The notes beneath the pieces are model-generated. The model ran no database searches, was not told the origin of the DNA, and worked only from the letters and a program-made list of their open reading frames with translations. From positions 62,001 to 126,000 of the forward strand of contig RHPI01000818.1 in assembly GCA_009103225.1 (NCBI GenBank): 64,000 bases of DNA. Reading direction: 5' to 3'. This stretch comes from Chlorokybus atmophyticus (taxonomy: Eukaryota > Plantae > Mesostigma and Chlorokybus algae). The translations under genes and the position numbers were made by a program. Shown here one piece after another: positions 54,220-64,000 of this stretch. Positions within the stretch are counted from its first letter, which is position 1, and every line of letters begins with the position of its first letter.

Positions 54220-55704
54220 ATGGCAGCGAACATGAAGACAAGGAGGTCTGCGTTGGTAGCCACCACCACCACCTACCCTCTCTCCTCCTCCTCCTCCACC
54301 TCCTTCTCCTTGTCCTCCTCCTCCTCCTGTGTCTCCTGTTGGCCCCCGCCAGCCCAGGAGCGCGGAGCTGATATCAGCCGGCCCTGGGATATCATCGATC
54401 TCCGTCGCCTCCTTCTCCTCCAAGTGGGCAGGCAACAACACAGGCTCAAGAGGAGAGGAGTGGATAGCCGCTGTCCCTCCTTGCCTTGACGACAATACGC
54501 AGTTCCCTGCTCTGAGCCGCGAGGCTGATATCGACGTGATGGTGAGCCGCAGAGGCAGGAGACATAGAAGAAAAGGGTGCTGTAGAGGGGATGTTATTCT
54601 ATCGAATACGGGTGTACATACTAGTAGACGTTGTAACAATGTTGTGCTCGCTGCACCGGTCATGCTCGTGGCCGCACGTGACTTCATGCTTCGCGCACCG
54701 TTGAAAGAGATACTGTTGCTTTCTTCTGCGCTTCGCAAGCCCGCATGCGAAAGCACGGAAGGTGAGAGAGAGAGAGAGAGAGACAGTTTAGTGTTCACCC
54801 TTTGCATGTGTAACAATGAGGACTTAACAACAACAACCTGTGTGCAGGCGTGTTGCCGGCGGTGTTCATGGATGCGCTTGAGGTCTGTTGCGTGCGCGGC
54901 AAAGAGGCACTCGCGGCGGTGCGCTTTAGGTTGGGTGCTGCAGCGTGCCGCGTGGCATTTGAGCCAAACGCGGGCGGAGCTAGCGCCATCTCTGAGGCCC
55001 TCTCTGTGGAATACTTCATGCGTCGCTTCAGCGCGTGCAATGTGGTCCCCGAGATGGAGGTGTGTATAAGAACTTGTGCATGCGCGCATGCACAACAACA
55101 TGCATACGCACGTGCACGCGGACAGCAGCTGCACAGTATATGGTGTTTGCAGCCGTTTTTTTGCACTACGCACCACTGCATGACCCTGGTGCAACTTGTA
55201 CAGGTTGCGTATTATGACTCCAACTGGAAGAAGGTGGACTACGTGTGCGAGATGTTTGGGCGCAGAGTGGGCGTGTCCGTGACACGCGCCATGGCTTACC
55301 CTTCCCCCCACCTCTTTGACGCCGCCTCCGCTCGCCACCTCCTCAACAAGAAGCTTAACGGCTTGGTCATAGCGCGCGCGGGCATCAGCGCATGCCATTC
55401 ATTCTCGCTTTGCGTCCTTCACGTGTGGTACTTGTCTGTTTACACCTTTGTCGCTTCACTCTCCGTCAAACACACGCCCTTCATGTATGCATATACTCAC
55501 AAGTATTTATACAAATGCAGGTGTGAGACAAGGCGCATTGCCAACATCATGCATGCCGAGTATGCCTCCACCGCGCGCGCTTTGGGGGTTATCGGGGATG
55601 TTGTTGTGGTCTTAACCATAGCAGAGGGACCGTTGCTCAAGTGTATCTACTATGAGACCAGTGAGAAGCGCAAAAGAGTACTCGTAAGAGCTTCCAGTGT
55701 CTAG
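54220..55704 (+). CDS. AAC4-like uncharacterised protein (Dictyostelium 'AAC-rich mRNA clone AAC4' family); 5' exon structure uncertain
   Basis: PNAGGASAISEALSVEY...EMEVAYY...KKVDYVCEMFGRRVGVSVTRAM...LLNKKLNGL...LHVW matches the recalled family core. Confidence 0.7.
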
Positions 55705-56280
55705 GTGATAAAGCTGCTGGAGAAGCAAGGAGCATGTCATATATGTACAAATTATATACCAAGAGCAAAGGAACATCTAGCCTAGTTTGTTAAAGTATAC
55801 AAGGTGCATATAGTTGTAGTAAGGGAATTTGAGTGAAAAATGACTGAACTAAGGTAGTATTATGCATAAGAAAGCTGTGCAACAGCTAGTACACAGACAC
55901 AGAGAGGGGAGGGGGTGGTTGATGATTGCATTGCTTGACATTGGGTTACGGTTCATTACAATGAAGCACTGCAGTGTATAATAAATAGAATGCAGAATTG
56001 TGGCATGCATGAGAGTGTGACACACATGCATGAGCAGTGTTGCGTAACAATGCACCGGCATTGGTTATTCAGAAACTTGCTGCAAGCGCAACCAGATTTG
56101 GGCGTCCATCAATATATACTGCAAGCCCATCTGCACGGAAACTTACCAGAAATGTAGTTGTCTTATAAAACAGAATGCAGGGATTGTGTGGAATAATGTA
56201 GTTATGTATGTACAACACTGTTGTATCAACACTGTGTTATGGTATACACTCAGTGAACCTGACACAAGCAGGACAACTTC

Positions 56281-59100
56281 TCACATTCTGTCCTCTGCCA
56301 GGCGTGTCAACGGCCGTAACTCGCTGTCGATGTCATCCACGGCATCATTATCCACAGCGCCCTCACTGTTCTTGTTGGCAACAGCCGCATCCAGCAGCGT
56401 GCCAGTCTGCGGCAGGTCCGGCACAAGGAACAGCAGCATCAGAGGCAGGAGCCTCATGAGGCTGCGGATGAGGACGGCGAGCCACAGGAGGGAGAAGTCC
56501 GCGCGCGACACGCCGAGCACGCGCAGCAGCCAGGCGCCGAAGAACTCAGAGGTGTCCTCGCCGAAGTTTGACAGCGACATCAGAAGCGCGAACAGCGTGC
56601 CTTCCACGTTGGCGGGGCAAACGCGCGCTGCTAGAACGAGCACGGGCATCGTCTGAATGCGCTCCACCGCCTGCAGTTGCCAACCAAAGGTGGCTAAGCT
56701 GATGACCATGTCAAGAAAGGTTGCCCGTGCAGATGATCATCCGCCATCTACCAGTCTTGGCACTGACTGCAAGCTGTGCAGCAAGCAATCCTGTCCTTGC
56801 AGTGCTTGCTGGGTTGCGAACACCACTGACAGACATTGAGCATCAGCAGCACCCAGACACAACCAACATTCAAGTTACCTCAGCTACCGCCTGATCGGCA
56901 ATAACAAACGCTTGATCTGGGATGCCAAGCCACTTATTCGTGCGGGTTACAATCACCAGGTCAAGCATACCAGCCGACATCATAAGGACCTGTTCCCAAA
57001 GTAGGCAGGCGTCAGTGAGACGCCAAGCACAACGACTGAGTTGGTGTTCATTTGCACGCTCACATAGCAGCAGCGCACCTGCGCCCACATGAATATGCGA
57101 CGGTATGGCATGTTGGTGAGGTAGTTATTGTACACTGCAACGCCAACCAGCATGCCGATAAGAGCGACAAACTCAATCATGCCAATCATGCGGGGTGAAA
57201 AGGCGGGCCCTGCAGCAAGGAATGGTGGATCAATGCAGGATGCAAACAGGACTCCCCACACCCAAACAAAAAACAACAGAAAGAGAACCTCCATCATCAT
57301 ACCATACGCAAACAATGTTGGGGCTCTACTGTGAGCTCACCGTCAGGGGCTTCAGTAATCCAGTAGAACAAGGCTTGCTGCACGGAGGGTGCAACTGCCT
57401 TGCTGAGGTAAATGTACAGGGCAGGGCGATGAATTGCTGGGTTGCGCACTGCTATCATGAGCTTCTTAAGCTGAGACCAGAAAACCTGCCGAGCGCGAGC
57501 AACATGAGCTAGCGATGAAGCAAGCCCGACGCTGCATGATGAGTTGCGCTTGCCAGAGCGCGACCCTGCAGTCAACAAGCACTCACCATGTCTGACCTGT
57601 CTCAGTCCAAGACCTCCATAGTCGCGCCGCTTGTCGGGCATCATCCCAGCACAAGCCAGTAGAATCAAAGGAGATACGGCTGTTATAGCGAGCGCACCTC
57701 GTGCACCCAGCGGCCCGATCACGAGCGCAGCCACTGCTACACCAACCATCAACCCTACCGCCAAGCTGCCCCAACACAACGACTGGCAGTGCACACAACA
57801 ATCAGTTCGCGCCGATAGAGATTGCCATGCAGGCCTGCCTAAAATGCTAAAAGTACGCTGGCAACGAAACTGACATGCAATGATTCCTTGCAGTGTATAG
57901 CTGCATCAATGTACCTGTAAGTCAGCAGCAAGGTGTGGATGCGTGGCGCAACGCTCTGCCACAGCGGCATCGATGACAACATCAGGGAAGCCGATAGACA
58001 GGTTTGCAAGGAAGAAGCAGAAGCAAGCGACAGCTGGGGATATGGACCCTGCTGCCAGCCATAGCCATGCGACTATGCCTAATGCGCCTGCGCAAGCATG
58101 TGTACATAACGTGCTGCCTCAAGCAAAACAAGCTCAGTCACATCAGTGTTAAGCATTTGCAGAAAGGCCCTTCTTGCATGTGTATGGTACCTGAGATAAT
58201 AATGTAAGGGCGGCGATGGAGGCCGAAGAGTGGCAAACTGTCGCTGATAAGTCCATACACTGGTTTGATGGCCCATGGAATATCTGCAATTGCTACATAC
58301 CTGTTCACAAGTCTGCTTGAGACTAAGCACATAACATGCCACTGCTTTGGCATGATGATGAGAGGAATGAATGATAGTGGCAAGTAAAGTGAAACACAAA
58401 CCTACGCAGCCTAAGTGCATGTTTCGTGCAGCTTCTGCAGCCAACAACTAATCAACAACAACTGATAGGTAAACCCATACTGCTGAGAGGAAGCTGGCTC
58501 CAACTTCTGCACGTCCTTGTAGTAGTAATCTGCCCCAAAGCCTGTACCAATTGACTCCCCAATGCCCTGCCACAGCAAAAGTCACATGAGACGGCCTGCC
58601 ACTACTGAGCGCGCATGTCAAAGCAGCAACACACCGACAAATACGCACAAGTCAATGCGTGACAAGATTAACCCCTTGGGTGTCGCATAGTGTGTAGCGC
58701 ACACTGAGCTGCACGCAATGTAGCTTGGTCTGGCAGGAGCAGCACATGGAGCAACCATGATGTCTGTGTTCGTTGCAACAAAAACATTGTGCTGCAATGA
58801 GCATACAGACATACTGCATTGCTACCAAAGCAAAACAACAGCGGTGCAGACTACCTGTGAGACGGCATAGCCGGCTATGGCGATGGCCACGAAGGGCGTG
58901 CCAAATGCAGCACGCAGCTGGCGCATCCAAGCCAAGAAGGCACCCGCCGTCCTCAGGGGCTGTCCCACAACACGCCGCACGCCCCTCCCCCAACCACCAT
59001 GCGCCTGGCTCGGGGTGGCATTGGTGTCGGCGTCGGCGTCGGCGTCATCAATGTCAGCGTGCTCATGGCTAATCTCCATGCCGGCAACAACAGGCGCCAT
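56281..59100 (-). CDS. Folate-biopterin transporter (BT1/FBT family, MFS); multi-exon
   Basis: IPWAIKPVYGLISDSLPLFGLHRRPYII, LVLAARVCPANVEGTLFALLMSLSN, and multiple hydrophobic helices. The start may be 59100 or 59079. Confidence 0.93.
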
Positions 59101-59451
59101 CAGTGAAAGCTCCACATACTTCGAAAGCCTCCTTTAGGCCAGACCCAGCTCCCGGCACCAAGCCAGGCCAGACCAGACCAGAGCACGCCAGACCAAGCTT
59201 CCAGGCCGCCGCTTAACCAGGCCAAGAGGCACTACAACTGAGCCAAGAATGAAAGGCCTAAACCCTAATTGCGCTGCCCTTCCGCACGTTTGATAACCCC
59301 AGCGCAGTGCGCGACACCGCTCAGAATTGAGCTTGCCGCTCTCAGATTTAAATTTCGCTAACTTTTGCTTTTCAAATGCTTACTGGCTAGCTTGTTGCTG
59401 GCGGTGTTGGCGCCGTTGCCGACGGTGGCGGTGGCGGCGTGGAACTAGGGG

Positions 59452-61720
59452 ATGAAGCGGCGGAGGAGGCCTGTGGGGAGCCTTAGGGCGCTGCTGAAGG
59501 AGGGCGCTGCTGGAGGGAGGCGCGAGGGGGCTGGCAGTGGCAAGCAGCAGGCGGGGAGCAGGCAGAGCAGCAAGCCCAGGCCAGAGTGGGATGTGAGTAC
59601 TTTGCTGGCAGAATGGAAGTTGTTCCATGCATCCACTGATGCAAGGATCTGAGTGTTTCTGTCTTTGCAGTACACGGTGCATGACTTGGGTAGGTACCGA
59701 CTCACCCCTGCAGAACAGGTAAGCCTCACGCAAGAGCTTGGTTGCAAGACATGCAACTGGGTATGAGCATGCCATCTGGTTTGTCATATGCTCAGTGGCA
59801 GACGGTCCGAAAGAAACAGCCAGCAGGCTGACTAATTCGCTCTCTATGCTTGAGTCTTGTACTCTGGCAGCTGCAGTGTTGCTGTGTGTGTTGCGCTGTG
59901 GTGCAAACCTTGTGCTGCTTACGCGAGTGTAGCAATATCCAAGTAGCGCATAAACATAGCATAGCTTACAGCTCAGCTTTTGATGACAGAAAGCCCGGCA
60001 CGACGCTTTTATCTCAAAGAACCTTGTTCGCGTGCCCGAAGAGATGCGGAGCGAGCTTGCTGCTCGTCTGGGTGAGTTTTGCATGCGAAGCACTGTCAGG
60101 TAGGAACAATGCCAACACTTGTGCTGCGTTCAGCCGCAAGACAGGCTTCAACATCAGCGTCACATGAAGAAGCTTCAGGGGTCAACGCTGCCGCACTAAG
60201 CACGCAAGAAGCCAACCAGGCACAGAGTCCGCAACGGCCCCCACAGAAGCATGCAGATGAGAAAGCTCAAAGGGACACAAACGATGATGCTCAGCGAGAA
60301 GCGGATAATCAGACACCAAGTATTCCACCACAGGGCGAAGCGCACACACCATTCCATCAGTCTGTAGAAGACGAGGACTCTGTCCGTGTGCATGAGGCAG
60401 ACGCAGCTGGTGCTCCATCCGGCAGCCAAGATAGCACGCATGCTGACAGTGGCGCGCCAGTGTCGCACGATACAGCCCAACAGCAGCATGCATCCCAACC
60501 CGTGACAGCCGACGTGTCAATTCAGGTAGGTGAAGAGCGACGCAGGGATAATTCTGCAACACAGGCAGCCCAACACCAACTACAGGTAGCAACCAACTCC
60601 GTTAGGTGTCGTCTTGCTGAGGTCTGCTCTATGCCGTCGCTCATGTTATATGCTGGCTGTGCAGGCACAAGTGCTTGCACGCATGGAGGCGATATCCCGC
60701 CAGCTGGAAGCCTGCACATCAGAGCAAGCAAGGTTAAGAGATGACTTCTACTCGTTCAGGGACCACACTGCGACGTTAATGAGCAGTCTGCAGAGCAACC
60801 TGCAGCGACTCATTCGCTCCAGTTATGATTACTCTGGCATCGAGCATGCCAGGCCACAGCTTGTTGGAGTTCAGACCAGGCCACAGGCCACAAGGCTGAT
60901 CACGCAGGAAGATAGGTCGGACCAACCAAGCACAAGCCAGCAAGCAACAGCACACTGTGTCAAAGAGAAAGCTGCCACAAGAGCACAGCAAGCAACACCA
61001 GACCAGCACAAGTTTGGAGGCAAGCACATCTTTGGTTCTGCGCATGTACAGAGTGAGGCAACGCCAGGCACTGAAGATGACGACGATGATGATGATGTAT
61101 TACTGCCTTCGTACTCTCAGTTGCGCGGCATCGGCCGAGTCCCGCACTGGCCTGGCCAGGCTAGGCTGAACTCCAACAGTCGGTCCAAGAAACAACCAGC
61201 ACCTGCAGCACAACAGCACGTGCGTGAAGAGCTGCACCCAACTCCACGCATACCACAGTCACCCGTTGCCTTCCCCGCTCGCACGCCGCTGCCGCCACTG
61301 CCAATCCAGCTCAATCTGGTGTCTGCAGAAGAGCTGGAGCGCATGCCAGAGTTTGCACAACCATCGGGAGCATCGCATCAACAACAGACTGGTAGCAAGA
61401 GCCTGCAGAACACAGAGCGGATGCCAGAGTTTGCATGGTCATCAAAAGCCTGTGATCAACAACAGAAGTGTAGCCAGAGCCTGCCCCACGCTGAGCAGAA
61501 GCCCAGATGTAGCATCTCAACAGGTGCACCAGCTGATGACAACACTGAAGAAGAAGGCCCTCGTAACGTGCCGGCTGCATTGAGACGAGGTGTTGTGACA
61601 GATCGCTTGAATGACGCGTACCTACGAGGCCTCGGCTTTGATGCTGCCTTGTCCAATGCGCTGTCCACGCTGAAGCAACAGCACAGAACGACATCTGGTA
61701 GAACCGTTGCTGTTGGCTAG
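59452..61720 (+). CDS. Spindle and centriole-associated protein 1 (SPICE1)-like N-terminal motif, then low-complexity and coiled-coil regions
   Basis: Spliced RPEWD|YTVHDLGRYRLTPAEQ|...RRFISKNLVRVPEE resembles human SPICE1 [21 protein letters not shown]...HKSKNRALVHWE (recalled). A coiled-coil-like segment lies near 60670-60810. Confidence 0.6.
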
Positions 61721-62312
61721 GAGCTCCTTCAGATAGCCAACTGCGGCTCCTGCGTACTTAGGTATGATGCTGCAGCTAAGAACCACCTTCTGGTTGCTGT
61801 AATGTTTTATGTGCGACTGCAAGTTTCTTGCTTCAGCTTACCCTGCAAGTGACACACATATGGTGTCGGAGTGAACTAGGCCCTCAACGTGTAGGCCACA
61901 GCCAACATCATGACATTGACGCTAAGCACGTATACATCATCAATGCGCGTGCATGTAGACAACCCATGAGAATGCGCATACGCACAAGTCGGTGGGTACC
62001 TTGTGTAATGCTGCAATATCACTGTTAACAATAACTCCGCGATGGTACTTCCAAAAAAACTTGTGCTTTCCGGCCTTTCAAGTGATTATCATAGACTGAA
62101 ATTTATAGGTTGGCGAGGTTTTTGCAAGCAATTAATTAAACATCCAGGCAGCGCCTTTCAGGAAGATCTCGAAGCACCACGGTAGTAGGGTAGGTAGTGG
62201 TGCCAGTAAGTTCCGTAGCCAAGTGACTAACCCAAGAATCGTGTGTTCAAAAGGCAAAGGGGAACTCGACGGGAACTCTTGCACACAGCCAAATTTGCGT
62301 GAACATGCAATG

Positions 62313-62358
62313 CCACAACCACAACCACAACCACAACCACAACCACAACCACAACCAC
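62313..62358. repeat. (CCACAA)n hexamer microsatellite
   Basis: ccacaaccacaaccacaa... about 7.5 units. Confidence 0.9.
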
Positions 62359-63286
62359 GTGGTTGAGTGACTCACCAACTCGGCCACTAAGCTAAGGCAT
62401 GCGTATGCATGCTATCTACCAACTACCCCTACCCCTACTACTACTGCCCCCCTGTCAGATATGCATGCATGCATAGGCATAGACTGTAGCAAAGGCAAGC
62501 AAGGCAACGTGACCAACAACCAGTGGCAAAACTAGCCGCAGTAGATGCAGCAAGCGGAACAAGTTAGCGTTTGCACACTAGCAGCAACCAGCAAGTACGG
62601 TAGCGGCAGCAGTAGCGCGCTGGGCCCTTAGCAGTACTTGAAACACGGCAAGGCAGCAACTACGGTAGCTCCTCACCTACACAGAAGTCCACAGTGAGCC
62701 AGAAGCCGTTGGGTAACTGGACACTGTGGCCGCCAGTGGTATAAGTAGTCCGGAGTTTGAGGTTAGCGCCATTCCCCCATTCGCGCGCAGGCAGCACATG
62801 ACATGTTATGCGTCAATGCATGCATGCATGCATTGCAATTGCAATACCTGCACAAGCGCCTTGGTGTGTCAGTTGAAGATGGTGAAGAATGACTGCCCCT
62901 TGCATACAGGCAAATGTTCCCTTGCATGTGCGCAGTAACCGTTATATCCTTTCAATAGTGCACTGTGAAACTCACTAGTGATACAATGATTGCTGACACC
63001 CTAGACCAATACAATGCACAATACACATCACCAGGTAGTGCGACAGGTTTGCCCGACCACTGACACAGCAGCAACATGCACTGACTCACAACAGTGTCAT
63101 CCAAGTCACCAATTGGGCAGCACAGGTGTTTCAACTTATTATACCAGCGGCCCGGATGTTGTCATGGAAGCTGAACTACCATCCCAGCTAATATATGCAC
63201 ATTTGTACAACTCCTGCAGCACTGCTTACACAGCTCTGCAGACTATCTAGCACATGTACCGCACTATGCCAACAATTAACAAACAC

Positions 63287-64000
63287 CTAGGCTAGGCTAC
63301 TGGCAGTCAAACCGAACTGCAAATCTCCATCAGAGCGTCTCCGCCGGGGAGGCAGACCGCCGCGGGTGTGATGACTGCGGCTCAACAATCGCCGCTTGGT
63401 GCGGCGGTGCTCGTCGAGCTTGTTAGATTGATGGTTTCCTTCCAATGCAGCCAGCGCCTTTTCAGCAATCGGCTTCCAGGCTGCGGCTGAAGACCAATCG
63501 ATCCCCATCCCTGTACTCAGCCCTCGCAGCAACTGTGTCACTCGCAACACAAAGAACAGATCTTGGGGAAACTTCTGCACACACCCCACACTGGTTGTCA
63601 GCCACATTGAAAGCATGACACCCAGTCAAGAGGCAGCAGGATGAAGACGCATGCCAACGTGTACAACTGCAATGCCATGTATCCAAGCATACACCTCCCA
63701 CGTACCTTTACTGCATTCTGTTGCAGTGGGCCCTTCTTGTCAAACGGGTCCACATGTTGTCCTTTTGTGTCAAACATGTTGCACACCATTCTGCCAAACT
63801 TACTCAGGTCGCCGCTCACGGGCCTCTCCATAACAATCCCAAGAGATTCAAACTTCTTGGCCACAGCGGTCATGTTGCCCTGTGTCATGGCCAGTACCAG
63901 CTTGGCAAAAGCCACGCGCGTCTTCTCTGGCAGCCGCTTCGTTTGTCCATAGTCAATCAGCCCAACCTGCACATCAATGTCAGTGCGGTAAACAAGCCAA
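63287..64000 (-). CDS. ABC1/ADCK atypical kinase, C-terminal exons; gene continues beyond the window
   Basis: VGLIDYGQTKRLP, FESLGI, MFDT, KFPQDLFFVLRVTQLLRGL...W.PIAEKAL. Confidence 0.85.

Noticed and set aside
54049-55398. 449-aa minus-strand ORF
   Set aside because: It is antisense to the AAC4-like gene, has no recognisable motifs, and crosses intron-like repeats.
62200-62720. Splice-like signals and simple repeats suggesting a minus-strand transcript
   Set aside because: No coherent ORF or structure; cannot be distinguished from UTR or intergenic low-complexity DNA.

Overview
Gene-dense, intron-rich eukaryotic nuclear DNA from a green alga. The combination of a VAL-type B3 gene, a chloroplast NDH subcomplex-B subunit (PnsB4/NDF6) and flagellar/centriolar genes suggests an early-diverging streptophyte alga with a flagellate stage (inference). 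Genes in order: B3 transcription factor (3' part), plastid argininosuccinate synthase, POLD3, Aladin (AAAS), ATG3, mitochondrial mL46, TFIIIC subunit 6-like, VPS45, a 2-RRM Gly-rich hnRNP A/B-like protein, PnsB4, CFAP61, XPB, an AAC4-like protein, a folate-biopterin transporter, a SPICE1-like protein and the 3' end of an ABC1 kinase. A full-length but decayed Ty3/Gypsy chromovirus (6671-13518, minus strand, 5-bp TSD CAGCA) is the most unusual part. It appears to carry a degenerate Dam-like N6-adenine methyltransferase module between gag and protease, both LTRs have a non-canonical CG terminus, and the LTRs are built from serial hairpins with one compensatory base pair. An unexplained 2.5-kb repeat- and hairpin-rich region follows it. 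No rRNA, tRNA or CRISPR array was found. Gene boundaries were assembled by eye from GT-AG sites, and homologies are from recalled sequence motifs, not database searches.
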